Below the pieces are notes generated by a model. It was not told where the DNA came from, did no database searches, and saw nothing but the letters and a program-made list of their open reading frames with translations. Shown one piece after another: positions 1 to 14,400 of a stretch of 64,000 nucleotides of DNA; positions within the stretch are counted from its first letter, which is position 1, and each line of letters opens with the position of its first letter. The position numbers were made by a program, and so were the translations under genes. Source of the DNA: Podarcis melisellensis (Eukaryota); the NCBI GenBank assembly GCA_964234715.1, contig OZ174280.1. One strand, 5' to 3'.

Positions 1-780
1 GCTAAGTGTGTTTCTAGTGCAACTGTTCTGGTTCAGAACTGAAGTGAAAGAAAAAGTCACCCTAGGTATAATTAAATTTTGTAATTTTTGTATGTTAGTT
101 ATTGTATTAAGCAAATACACTACTTAGATATAGGTAATTCATTATACTTAGTGAATCAGAATACTAATATATTTTAGAAGAGGAAGTAGGGGAAGTATTG
201 CTCATTCTTAGCTACCTTGGTTGCATCTGCATGCTGTTCTGTCATTCTGTCTTGGTTCTCCCTTGCTATAGGGCTATAATTTGATGTTTGTTTGTTTAAA
301 TGTTACCAAGTTTCTTTGACATTACATTAACAAAATGCTTTCTCTTTTCTCTCTATTTCCTATCCCCTAAGTATCTCCTTCCACAATTATCCTATTTATC
401 CTATATACAAAGAAGGAAAAGGTGGGGTGAGGGAACAACATATTTGTATGGAATAATCATAGCACACACACCCTGCTGCATGAATATCAGTTTAAGATAT
501 GGAAGAGCTATCCATAACCATAATTTCTTTTTGTCTTGTGCTTCAGTTATTTTAAAAATAGGGAACAGATTATTATGAAAGCCTCTGCTCATTTCTGAAT
601 CTCAGAAGTTGCTAATTGCTTCCTAGGTTTCTGTATATCAGGAATAGGAAGTCTTTGACCCTGCAAATGTTAGTCTGCAATTCCCATCATCCCTAACTAT
701 TGGCTATTTTGGCTAGGTTTGATGGAAGTTGGAGTCCAAGAACATTTGGAGGATCAAGCTCCATGCCTATCAAGGCTATA

Positions 781-990
781 CAGTGGACCCTCCGGATATG
801 AACTTAATTCATCCAGGGGGTCCGTACTTACCCCGAAAAGTCCATATCCGGTGGCGCCGCTTATGTGCATGCACATGGCGCAGTAGAGCGGTTCTGTGCG
901 GCGAAACCTGGAAGTATACACTTCCGGGTTTGCCACGTTTGTAACTCGAAATTACATCAACCGACGGTAATATAACCTAAGGTACCACTG
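781..990. mobile_element. Non-autonomous Tc1/mariner-pogo (Tigger-like) MITE
   Basis: TA|CAGTGGACCCT...AGGTACCACTG|TA termini, TA duplication. Confidence 0.75.
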
Positions 991-2216
991 TACATGATTT
1001 CAATTTCTGTTGTTAATTTTGTTGTAGAGTTGATTAGATGTTACTAGAGAGTTCTGGCATTTTTATTGCAATGTGCCCTAATCTAAATCCTTTTTCTATT
1101 GGTCTTGCCTGAAAAGGCCCAAATCTACTTTCACTTTATAAAATAAGTAAGATTTATAAAAATAATCAGCATACCTGTTGGGAGATGAATTATTAAAGCA
1201 GATCCTTCCTCCACACATTTGATAATAAAGCAGATGACAGCACCAGATTCTGGAGGCAAATTATTATAGTAGACAAATTATGCAAATTTCACTTAATCTT
1301 ATACTATACGTGATCTATAACTTCATGAGTAGAACTTACCATGATCTAATATGGAATTTGCTAATCCCTAGTTTCTAGTAAAAACATAATTCAAGACATA
1401 CCTATTCTGGAATAGATTATCAAAGTGTGGAACATACCAGAAATTTGTCTGGAGGAAACCGAACAGAGTTGAGAGATGGGAGGCCAACCAAAGAGTATTT
1501 AGAAAGTGAGGAATGGAGTAGAGGGGGATGCAAAGGGAAGGAGAAATGTCCCAAATCAAATGAGATGTCTGCATTTCAGATTATCTCTTTACTTTCCCTA
1601 TACTCATTCCAATGAGGTTCAGGCGAGGGCCCCAGTCTTCCAGGGAGCCTTGGGGGTGGGGGCAGGGAGAGAAAGGGTGGAAAACATTCTTTCTGTGAAC
1701 TCCTTTCATTCACTTATGAATTCACACTGATTAGTCTAGATAACAGCTCACCTTTACGTGGGATGACGCCTCCCAGAAGGCAAAAAGTAGATTCCCCATC
1801 CTCACTGGCCTTGCTCATAGAGGTTGTCACTGTGTCAGAACTTAACGTTACCCTTCTTAGTCAAGTAGACTAAGTAGACTTGACTATTTCTAAAAAAACA
1901 AAAACCCAAGTTCTACAAATCTTTTTAGAATGTACATCCAAACATACATGCAGAAACTTTGAGTAAGAAAAACACCTATAGATTGCAAAATACAGACAGT
2001 CTTTAGCACATGAACACATATAAAAAAGATAGAAACAGATGAAAAATAGAAGAGCAAACCACCATTAAGAAAAGCAAGTCTTTAAAATATGTCCAAGGTT
2101 TGTCAAAGTGCATGTAAGACAGCTCTGTTTTTAGCATTGTTGTGTCAAAATCTTGCCAGTGATAAAGAGGTTGAACATTTTTCTTTTCTTTTTAAATTTC
2201 TTGTGCTGTTCTTCAG

Positions 2217-2423
2217 GTAGTTGAAGAGCCTGAAGCAGCCAGTTGCATTGGCCCAGGGTGTTCTAATGTTGCTCAGTCAGGTTCTGTGTACTGTGGTCAT
2301 GAATGCATTCTCAAACATGCTGCAGCCACCATGAAGTTTCTAAGTGAAGGCAAAGAGCAAAAGCCAAAAGAGAAGACCAAACCAAAAGTTGAACGAACTG
2401 TTGCCGTAAAACCTCAGCCTATG
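2217..2423 (+). CDS. DIDO1: DIDO1 internal exon (Cys/His-rich motif)
   Basis: ttcag|GTA...ATG|gtaagt; 69 codons VVEEPEAASCIGPGCSNVAQSGSVYCGHECILKHAAATMKFLSEGKEQKPK. Confidence 0.95.
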
Positions 2424-5400
2424 GTAAGTCTGAATTGTTTTTGAAGAAAATAGCCCTTCCCACACCACACACAGAGGGAGATCTTGGAGGAACAGACATT
2501 TTGTAAAATAGAAAAAATTCATTTGCATGGTAAAAGATCCAGATTTTTCATCAAGTTATTTTGTGTGCTCCCTTGATGAGATCTCATCATTCTATCTAAT
2601 TAAGAACGTAGTATCTTTGCTGGATCAGAACAAATGCCTATCTAGTCCACCATCCTGTTCCCTCTGTGTCTTATGAGAAATGCACAAGCAGGGCATTTCC
2701 ACTGTTGTTTACCTTAGTGACCGGTATGGTAATTAATTTTCTTCCTGTAGTATATAACCATCGATATACTCAAGGAATCTAACTAATCTCCATTTAAAGC
2801 AGTCTACGTTGGTTATTATCATACTTCGATGATTTTATACTGTGTGAAAAACACAGTGTTTGTGTCCTATATCTTCTATCTATTTAGCTAATTTGAATGA
2901 TCACAACTTCTGGTGTTGTAAGGGGGGAGGAATCACATTTTCCATCCTAAATCCCACCACCACCATTGCTGTGAGAGCAGCATTATCATATATATGTCTG
3001 GTTTCCTTTACAGAATCTTTAAAAGAACTGCTGTCTCTCCTAAGAATATGCTGTTTTATAGCACTAGTTACCAAGCAATCTGCAACTTAGATTGTTAGCC
3101 ACATTAAGACCAGAAGGTTTCAAAAAAAGCAAAACTCCAAACCAGTAACATTCCTTGAAAAAGACATTCGATACATCGCTGGCACACACAGGTTCACAAT
3201 TGCAGATTAGTGCCCCATTTGATCTCATTAAGCTGATACAGTTCTCATACTAGCCTCATACAGAGGTTCTTGCTTGTAAAAGCATACATGAGAACAGGGA
3301 TCAGCACACTAATCTGTGCCTCACTGTTGCCCACCAACTCAGGGAGGGCAAAGATTTATGTGTTTAATGGTCATAGCAATAGCACAACAATTTATTGCAG
3401 AATAGAGAATGATTTTGAAAACATTTGCCCTGTGCAGTCACTTGATCATGAGTGCACTAAACTCAATCTCTTCCCTGTCCCCTGCTGTCATCCACCAGTT
3501 CAGGGAAGGGAAACCGCTGAAGTGGGGAACTTCCTGTACTCATGGAGGCTCCCCAAACAAATTAGAACCACGGTTAGGCGCAGGTTGTTCTTTGCTTCAG
3601 ATCCTTTGCACCCATGTTAATCTATGGGTTGGCGGAACATCAGCTACAAACAGGTGCTCAACCACCTATTATGATCTGCATTCACTTTGCTATAGTTGTG
3701 TGTTGTGCGTACTATTGATCACAAGCCAGGGTTATAGTTTTTGGAGGTGGCATGCAGAGAAATATAATACGGAATTTTGTTGTATGAGATATATGCAAGT
3801 TCTCTAATACACAACAAACTGACCTCTACTCATGTGTTATGATGACTGTATTATTGCAATACTTAGTGATTAAGGTTCTGCTGGTTACACAGGCCGGTAT
3901 CAAACCTCTCTCCGCACAGAAGAGACCAGCTCCTGAAAAAAGAGAGATTATCATGAAGAAAACTGTGGCAGCACCCGTAAAGACCGAAGCAAATACTCAG
4001 ACAGTTGCTAAAGAGCCAGCTTCAGAAAGCAGCACACCATCCTGGGCAAGCGATCATAATTATAATGCAGTAAAGCCAGAAAAGACTCCTGCCATTTCAT
4101 CATCACTGTTGTTCAAATGTATGTATTTCACAGGGATATACCTCTGCAATCATTACGCTTTCCTTGAGTACCTTTCAACTTTTGATCCTGTTAAATTAGA
4201 AAGGGGTTTTAATTACGGTCTTTCCCCATCTTCAAAGATTTGCACACATACCTCTCAGGGAGAGTTTCAAGGCTCATATATAGAAACGACAACTTGGGGT
4301 TTTCTCTCAGGTTGTATAAAATGGCACTTAAGCGTATACTTGCAGGTTAACAAACCTATTATTTTTCATAGATGATAGGTATGTTCTAATAGAAGGTAGG
4401 TAATGATAAACATTTATTTGTTTCCTAAGTTTATATAATGTACAGAGTAACTGTTTTGTTCACTTTCATTTAAGTCCCTATCTGCCTTTGCATTATGACT
4501 TAGGAATGTCAGGTCTACAAGGTTTCTGAATGATTCAAATGGATAATTTACATGCATACACAACCACACAACTTTTAGGTATTAATTTTGGGGAGTTTTG
4601 GGAGGGGCTGATCCTCCTTCCAAGAATGTGACTTACATGAAATCATGTCAAGGCCCATCTTAAACCATAGGGATTTTTATCTATGAAAGGTATGTGTCAG
4701 AGGCATTCGTGAAGGTAGAACAATAGGAGGAGAGTTCTCACCTTGAATGTCACAACTTTAAAGTATTTGAAGAACATTTTTGGCAATGTTTAGATTATAA
4801 AGGTAAGTAAGTTAGCGCTTTGCAATGTAAAAATGATTGTTCTCTTAGGCCTGTTTTACTTCCTTCATTTAAACAGTGTTGCAGGTTTTTTTTTATTGCA
4901 TGGCAAAAGGTAAAGGACTTAATGCTCAAATGTGTCAGACATATTTGTAATCCCTGATATAAGGCTCTGCATCAGTAACAGTAGAAAAAGACAAAACTCT
5001 TAGGTCTGCTACTAAAATAACAGTCTCTGAATGTTTGCTTTATTTTCACTGGAAGATGGCTTTGGTGAAACCTAGAAAGAATGGAGTTCCAGGGCTTGAG
5101 GAGAAGCCACCTTTCATTTCGGCCTGCTTTCATTTTGGGGGGTTTGACCAACAAAGTAATGCCTTTTGCTTGTCAGTGGCAGCCAAGAGCAGGAGGACTT
5201 GGTAACTAAGGCATGTAGGATTCAAACACCTTTATTTAAAACCTCCCGTAGGTTTGTTTCTCCTTGTCACTTTCATTAACCCAGCCCAGCCTTTCAACGA
5301 AATCTACGAAGCTTGCTAGTCCACCTGCCTGCACATAGCCCTATGGGTTACTTCTGGCACAACAGTCTGAAAGAGCCAGTTATCTTCCAGCTTACTAAAG

Positions 5401-8400
5401 CTTCCTTATCTAGTCACTTCAAGGCTACTTTGCCAGGCAAGTGGCTATTGAGAAGCCTAATCTCAGCAATGTCTATATCAATTGTACATTAACTGGTACA
5501 TTATCAAAATGTGAGCATTTTTGTGAAATCCCATAACTAGCGGGGAAATTTAGAGTTGGAACTATCTTTTTGTCGTTGCTGTTATGCTTGAAAATGGACA
5601 TATTCATTTAGTTTGCATTTAGTGAAGAGCTTTCACCATCTCTAGAAGCCGCTCCCACTTCAAGGTAAGTTCTATGAATGTCTTCAAGTTATTTGTATCA
5701 CTGCTAAACTACCAAATATAAATTCATTCATTGAAACGACTCCTTTCTCCTTCAGTGGTGGAGGTTATCCAGGAGTGGTTACTCCTCCCCCTTTCTTGGG
5801 AGGCAGTGTTATACAAGATTTGTATCTGTAGACTGATTAGTCCTGGCACTATGTGGGGTTGGGCATGTACAGAAGTCTTATTGATCATCACCTGATGGAG
5901 TAGATCTGGATCTCACATACATTACATGAAACTTCATTCATTTCCTTTCTGATCTCTGAAAAACACACTATTATGGTAGACAGCAATAAGCTCTACAGCA
6001 TTAGAGACATGGCACCCTACTATGCTCCATCTACTCGTGCATGTCTTTGCACTCCTCAGAAATATCTAAAGTACTTGTGACCCCATGCTGATTGGATGCT
6101 CGCTGCACTGTAGTGCCTGGTCGTGAGTGTTCATTTTCCTGAAAAATGACCTTAAAAACATCATCACACTCTTAAATTAGATGTTAGTAAAGGGAACTTC
6201 TTAGATAACTGCACTAGTTTCCTTTCATAATAGCTTTAAGTTACTCTAGAGTTACTTTAGAGCAGAGGTTCCCAAACTGGTCTGCAGGCTTCATTCAAGT
6301 GGTCCATGACATGTCTCCAACAATACAGTCTAGCACAGTGCATCACAGTCACTACAACAAACAGAGAAATCATTAAGTAGTCCTCCAAGACCCTCAGTAA
6401 TTTTCAGGTGGTTTGTGTCTGTGTGTGGGGGATTTGGGGAAATGCTGCTCTAGAGTAATTTTGTACAGTAAGGTCCTTTTCAGAGTTCTGCTCAATACTT
6501 CACCCAGCACCTAGTGGGATCCTACTACACATTAAGCGAACACATGATACTGCTGTTCTGAAGAACTTCAGATGCAAAGAATAAAGGAGACACCATGCAT
6601 ATTGCTCTGGGCAAAACAATAACACTGTAGGGAGGAAAAGGATTCCCTGTTGCTCTAGTACAGTGTTTTTCAACTTTTTTTGGGCAAAGGCACACTTGTT
6701 TCATGAAAAAAATCATGAGGCACACCACCATTAGAAAATGTTGAAAAATTTAACTCTGTGCCTATATTGACTATATATAAAGTAATTCTCTTGAATAGGA
6801 ATCAAATAAACACAAAGAAAGTATTTTATAATTACTTTATTATGAAATAGTAAGTAAACAGAAATATGAAAAATTATAAAATACTTTATTTTTAAATCTT
6901 TCAATTTTTTCCATTTTTCCCACGGCACACCAGGCAACATCTCGCGGCACACTAGTGTGCCGCGGAACAGTGGTTGAAAAACACTGCTCTAGTATACCTT
7001 GTAGGCTGATAGTGTACTGTGGGGAGGGGAAGAAGTAGATTCAGCGTCATATATCCTATTACTGTGACAGGTATCTTACTATAACATCAAATGTCCCTTA
7101 TCTATGATTACATTTTTTAAAAAACATGCTCGTAGGGAGAGGGTTGGGAATTAGCAGATCAAGTTCTCAATTTGGACTTCTAGTCCTTGGCTATTGAGTC
7201 ACTATCAATGATTCAATGTAACTGTTCAAGTACTGAGGAAGGGAAGCTGTGTTCTGTACCCGAACATTCCTGTCACACCTTTGTCACTCTTTACAGGTAC
7301 TCAGCCACTGGAGGCAAAATTTCTGTTACTGAGAAAAAGAGTGGGGGTTTCTTTCAGTCTTATTGGAGTGATTTATTGTGGGTTATCCCATTTTACCCTG
7401 ACAACAGCTTTCTAAGGCAAGTCAGGCTGAGAGATAGTAACTTCCCGGTGAATGTTCTAATTGAACAAGGTTTTGAACCTGAGTTCCCCACATTAAATTC
7501 AAAAAGTTCAGCTATTTGACTATGCTTGAATTTATTTGTTTCTTAACAGCAAACAATATACAATCATACCCTGCTTTATGAGAGTAGGATGGAAAGGAGA
7601 ATTTCAGATTACTTAAACATGCTGTTCAGTACACAACTTCAACATTAAAAACACAGCTATAAAACCAAATCTGTATTGCCATAATTATGTATATGTGTCT
7701 ATTGCGATAGCATTTTTGATGCAGCATTTTAATGCAGATCAGTAGGGAATTCTTTTACTCTGTCATTCTGAAAGTATGATGGTGTCATACATTGCCATGC
7801 AGTCTTGAGTTGGCTGCAGGACAAATGTAGTCACAAACAAAGAATGTGGAATTAAAGTCCAAATAATGGGACAAAGTATTTCAAGTGCTGGTAAGAAACT
7901 TCTTATTACAAAACCAATCCAGAAATCCGATGGATGAACCTTCTGCCACCTACTGGGCAGGAGAGAGATTAAAGTTTCTTAATTTTTGTTGTTCTTAGTT
8001 GATTCTGACTGTTTAGAATCAGAACATTGATGATAGGATTTAAAACTAACATCTCATTTCAACACACCATCTGCTTTTCCTTTGCAGTTGAGAAAAACGA
8101 AATTGATAGGTTTACTGGCCACAATGAAAGCTTGAATGTACTTCTGACTTCAAAACACAATTTCATTGTAGCTTTTATTTCTCTCTGTAAAAACTAGATT
8201 ATTAAGAGTCACTGGGAGTTGAAAATGTTTTGTCAGTGGAAAGCTGTGAAAGAAAAAGCAATAATGAAATTAGGGGAAGTATATATGACAAGCCCTTTTA
8301 AAAATAACATCTTACTAACACACCACCTATCTGATTGGGTTGCACCTGCCACTCTGGGTGGCTGGGTCCATAAGCAAAAAGGAATTCAAAAAGAAGTTCT

Positions 8401-11400
8401 AGCAATGAAATGGTTAAATCAGTATATAGTTGGTCCTGCTTTAAGCTGTTTTTTCTAATAAGTCAGGACTAGTCTTTAATACTCCCCTCAGCCCTTCCTT
8501 TCCATTAAAGTTGGGTTTAAAGTGCTAGAATGCTTTAACATCACATTGATCTATACTGAGGTCAAGAGTAGTGTCAGAGTGCTGTTGTAAACTCCATTTC
8601 TCAGGTAGTAGTAATCAATTAAAAGTGCTTAAATTGAAGGAAGTAATTAGCAGTCTGGTGAGAAGAGAAAGGAGCTGGCAACATCTCAAGATGCAACCAG
8701 GATATTCTAAACAGTAGAGGAAGCATATCACTAATTTTTCTTCAAAATCAGCAGAACACCTTGAATTTCAATGTTTTCTCATTGTAGAGCTTTTTCAGAT
8801 GAGAATAGTTGAAAACCAGAGAATAGTATTTATGGGACTAGAAAGAGGACGAGTACTCTAATAATCCAGCCTTGTTAATTAGTGACTGAACTGCAAAAAA
8901 CATTTACTCATGAGAGGGTTTCATTTTATGACTAAAAAGGCTAGTAAAAATGTAGGAGGCTGACAGAGGAGATATTTGTTGACAGCCTTCCAATACTGAC
9001 AGCCTGGTTGATTTATATGCTAGGTGTACAAGAAGGGACTGTGCCTCTTGTGCAAGCAATATAAAAGCCTGCTCTTGGTATTCTGCTGCATTTCTGTGCT
9101 GGCAAAAGAGGAAGGGGCTTTCCTTTTTCCACAGCCAGGGTAGAAGCTAGTAAAATTGCAACAAATTGGTCCGGAGGGAATTTTGTGCCTTTGCCTATGT
9201 GGTATTCCTTATCACCAAGGGCAGCCAGACAAGTGCTTAAATAGAAGAGTTTTCTAATCACTTGAGCATTTGTTCTGATCAGAGCAAGTCATATTTTGTG
9301 CCCTAGAGCATTTGCGAGATGTTCCATCCTGGGTAGGTGTAGGAAACTACATACTGGCCTGGAATTAAAAAGATGGTTATATAGAAGTAAGCATAGTGTG
9401 CAGAACCAGGGGCAAGTTCTTTACTGAAGAAAATCTCTTGTATGAGAGCAGTGACCCAGCTCGGTTAGCAGGTGTAATTCAACCATTTGGGGCTGTCTTG
9501 TGTCTACCTCCTCAGTTCTTTCTTCGCTAATCAAATATAAAGGGAATGTAAAGTTCCTTCCTACTATATATGTTTTGTGTTTTTTATCATCATTACCTTA
9601 AACTGGCTGAGTGACTAATTGGAACTCTTCCTCCTCCCCTCCAAATAAAAGGGGTTCTCCGTGCTGATGTCTTATACTTCCAGTATTACAGACAAAGGAG
9701 CAGATCTGGACTGCTGCGTGGCTTCTGACTGTGCCTGAAAGCAGTGAATGGGAGCTGAAGATGCCCTCCGTGGAGCTACATCTTCAAGATCTGTGCAAGA
9801 AGACTTAAGCGGTGGGCTGCACCACATATTGCAGGGGAGGTGTATAAGCTGCAGAAACATCCACTTACCTGGGTTGGGTTTGGGAGTGTGTGAAGATTTT
9901 TCTTGTCCCACAGGCCAACTGATGAGATTCTAGATGCCCAAGGAAGGCATGCTAGACCTTGCCAGGATAGGTTTCCATAGAGCTTGAGCACCAGCGCTTG
10001 CCAATTCAATGTCCCATTTGCAATTGGTGCCATCTTGGATGATTCAGAGGAAGAAAACCGTCCTGAAAAGCGGCTATCCTTCCCTGCCTATAGTAGATCA
10101 CTACTGATAAGGCTGGTTAAAGTTCATCACACAGCATGTCACAATTACCCAGCTAAGTTGAAAACAGGTTCATCACTAATCATTTCTAAAAGGCTATATC
10201 AAACACACATGAAGCAATGCCTTATATTTATTCTCTGTACAGCACTGCGTATAGACAGCATTAATTTTCCTTCAGTTCCCCTTTTGTAAGGCTGGAGAAA
10301 ACTAATTCACCCATATCTAGAATGTGATCATGGTTAAAATGCAGAGAAGCTGCCTTAATCAAGTTATACAAGTTCGAAACCTGATTGTAGGCAGCAGCAA
10401 ACAGTTGCAGTTTACATTTGTTCCAAGTGGGGAGTAGTACAACTGAAAATAGATTGAACCAACAAGCGGTCCTGGGTGACTTGAATTGGGCAAATGCTCA
10501 TAGACTTGCCTCACTATTATGAAGAAATCCTGACACAGATGAACAGCCTGTCCTAACACTTGCGAGTCCAGAATCTGGGTTTAAAGCAAGCCTTGCTTTC
10601 AAGCCTGATTTGATGACTCTTGAGAGGGGTGGGCAATGCAGCGTGTTTTGAGGTTGGGGGGGGGTAGATGCACTTTAGAAGGTGCTTAGTGGGTCCAGAA
10701 GGAGAACCAGGAACAAAAAATAATTTATACATAATACAGATTTAAAAGCATAACAGGAACTATCTTCCTCCAACCGCAGACAGGAGGATTTGAGGCAGAT
10801 TTTGGTGACACGTCTAGGAACCAAAGATTCAGGGCTACATTAGGGTGCTTGAGTGTCTTTCAAGCATGGCTCTACATGCTGCTGATGCTCTGAAGTGTTG
10901 CATTCGTCTCCCAACAGTGAACATGCGGAGGCAACACTTGTTACAGTTTGTGGTAAGTAATATTGTGGAATGGCTGCAGCACCTGCTGATCTTTGCCATT
11001 TATACTATTTAACATTAGGGAAGTGCTTGGAATGGGTTTTGCTTTTTGAGGGTTTAAAATACCCCTCCTACAAGCCTTCACACCCATCTATTGCACTGTG
11101 AATGGGGGCTTGGGTACTTTTTTATTTACCTGGGGATTGTTCATTCCTACAAGAACATTCCACTTCCATTGTCTTAAATGGACTGGATGTTCTCTGTTAA
11201 AGAGAACATTACACACTCCATAGCACAATTCTGTAATAGGGCTGCATATAAATATTTTCAGTGCATAATAAAAAGTTAGGAAAATCCTATGAATACTAGA
11301 ACTGATTAGGCATATGTGATTAACATATGAAAATTACCTCAAGTTTGGCCCGCTGATAAGACAGTTTGTCTATGTAGTTACTAAGATCTTCCACACACTA

Positions 11401-14400
11401 ACAGTGAATTACTAGCTTAGCCTATTTCAGTTTCCCTGTTCAGCAAAGGGGAAACATGGTAAATTCAGTAAAAAGCCATCTTGGGTCTTTTTACCATCTT
11501 GGCTTTTAGGGGAGTTGGAATGAGAGCAAACGTCTCCCCATTCTGACCATCTGGTTTCTTGAGACCAATAAGGCCTGCAGAGGTTCCCATCTACTTTTAC
11601 CCTTGCACAAATCAGCAACCCGAGAACAGCACACAAGATTCTCTTAAGCCACTCGCTGGGAATCAGATTGTTGCAAATTGTGCCACATGGAGACTTGGCA
11701 GAAACTGCTTTCTCAGAAATCTGCAATGAAATGCATTTGGGATTTTTGTGCATTTTAGCTATAGCAAACAAAGCTAGCACAATCCATGCACTAAATTCTC
11801 AAATCAACCTAAGCGGAGCTCGCATTGACAATCCTCACGATGCTTACCAACTATCTCACTCATGATACTAAATCTTGCTTCTTGCCAGAAGATGCCACCT
11901 GAGCCCTGTTACTGCAGTTTACATTTCATGTGATACTGAGTGTACAACTGGATCATGGGGTTGATTTGCCCTATTTCAACCAGTTACTGAGGCAGCAGTG
12001 AGCAGCTACCGGTGCAGTGGTTACCAAAGCATTTTGGCCCTAGCTTTATTACTGAAATTTTGCATTGTTGCATGGTATCCAAATAATATGGGCAGCAATG
12101 TTTGAGAAGCAGTCATGTGCAGGTGTTGTGATGCATAATCATCTCAACAGAACTAATAACCGCCTGTGCTTTGCTGAAATGGTTTCAAATTGGTATTTCA
12201 GGTATGGTATTCTTAGCGCACATAATTTCCCACAATTTGGCAAGAACATGATTGCCATTTCACAAGGAGAAAATTAGATTCATGCCTTTGTTTTAGATGA
12301 GGTTTTTTTTTGTTTGTTTTGTTTTTTAATAAAGTGCTCCTGGTTTCATCTGATACAGATTATTAAGTTAGCCATTTCACAGATTCGGTTATTTTTTTGT
12401 AAGCAAAGTCAAATTTCTAAGTCAAATGTAGGTGCTCTTTCAACTGAATCTGCAACAGTGGTAGTTCACTCAAAACTACTTCTGAAAGGTTAGCTTTTCT
12501 GAAATCATTAGAGAATTGGGCAGTAGAAGACAAGATGGGGAGTCATGTGTGGACTGGTAGGTGAGCTCTGAGGTGATCTATGCGAAGCAGCTCCATATAC
12601 ATACTACAACAGACATTTCTTTTCATGAGGGCTAGAAACTTGATTAAGCTGAAATTCCTAGAAATCTGAAAAATACGCTGGGTATGATTTTGTGATTTTC
12701 ATCCTTGCCGTGAATTAGTGTCACTGGGTAAACCTGGAAACCACATTTAATCTGATTGTTACTATCATATCTAAAGTGAATACTTTTTGAAGAAGATTTA
12801 AATTATATGACCTTTCTGCACCTCCCCCAGTCAACCTTCCATATAATGTTTTAAAATCTCTGTTTACTGGCTCATATTTTTGTGGTATTCACTTACGAAA
12901 GATACATATGCTTTTTGATGATGGTATACAGAACCTGACTCTATATGGGCTTGCAAACAAAGGCTTAAACATGTGTACCACATTATGTGCCTACATAGAT
13001 GATGTGCTTGGCACCCTCAACATAGTCGTGTGCTATTCAGCAATTGAGGAAAGGTAGTGTGTTCTTTTTCCCTTCTTATGGAAGTTGCCAGTCTACCAAT
13101 GAAACTGCTAGGGATGTTTTGATATTTTAGGTAATTGGAGGGTAATTGCTGACAAGCCAAGTGGCATTTCCACTATTGGAGCATGTAATGTTGCATTCAT
13201 TAATGGAACACACTGTTCAGTTCCTAACCATAGGACTTTAGATTCATTTGTGACTAGTTTCATCACTCCTCCTAAAGTGAAAGAACATCCCCTCTGGGGA
13301 CTATTGAATCACTTCCCAATGTCTCGGTATTGTCAGCATGAGCTTAGTGTAGAATTGTTAGCTTGTGGGAGAAAAGGACTTGATTACAACTACTTTCTCC
13401 TCTGCCACCTAAATCCAAATTACATGAATATCCTAATATGGGCCCTGAACAAACAAGATTCCTACTGGCAGCTTACTCCTTTCAACAGAATGACCAACGT
13501 AGACTAATTTTATGACTGGACTTTCCAACATCTTATGGTGTCATCAAATGAGAACTGCAAACAACTAATAGGGGTACCAGAACTGCAGTACCAATTATGG
13601 CAAGGTGGGGAGTTTGTTAAACCTGTATGCATGTGCCCCCATCTAGGGTCTGCCTGCACACTGTAAGGAATTGGCAGTCATTTTCTATTGAACGCCTCTT
13701 GGAACTGATGGAAGCAAGTTGGAACCTGTAGTTTCACACATCAAATTCTAACGCTAACCCAAATTTCATTGGGAAGGAGCAGATTTCCCTACCCAAATGC
13801 AACTTGATGAGCAAGTCTAAACTTCATATCCCATCAGTAAATCTACAATGAATGGGCTGAACAGGTTTCTCTTAAAGCCTCCTTTGCCTGCCTTCTTGTT
13901 GCCTTACCTAATTTACAGGACATCTAAACATAACTTGGGTGTCCCATTTTTCCAGTGAGCATGTGCATATCAACAAATTGCAGTATGGGCTAATCTGGTC
14001 ATGCTGCTTTAGTATATATGCAACTATATGCTTTTCTTTTGAAAAGTACTGGCAGGCAGACAAACCCTATGCCTGCGGGGAGGGTGTAAAATAAACCAGT
14101 GTTGTGTAATTGGCACTTAAAGGAATGTGTTCTAAACTGACTTAAATAAGATAATGGTACTGGAAAGAAGGTTAGTAGGATGTAACTGACACACATACAG
14201 AACCGGAGGGAAGGGGGAACCTCTTGCCTTCTAAATGCTGCATTACAGCTCCCATCCCTGACCATTTGTGATCCTGGCTGGGGCTTATGGGAGTTTGGAA
14301 ATGCCATATTTGTATGATCACAAGTTCCGCAGCACAGCATAGAAAGAAACCAAACTTAGTACTAAGGAATCAACAACATACAGAGATTTTTTCAAAAAGC

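Noticed and set aside
10918-10952. 35-nt AG/GTAAGT-bounded segment in the DIDO1 intron
   Set aside because: Weak exonic donor context and no supporting homology; such pseudo-exons are common.
11427-11780. 117-aa minus-strand ORF
   Set aside because: No recognisable family or splice context; length is within chance expectation.
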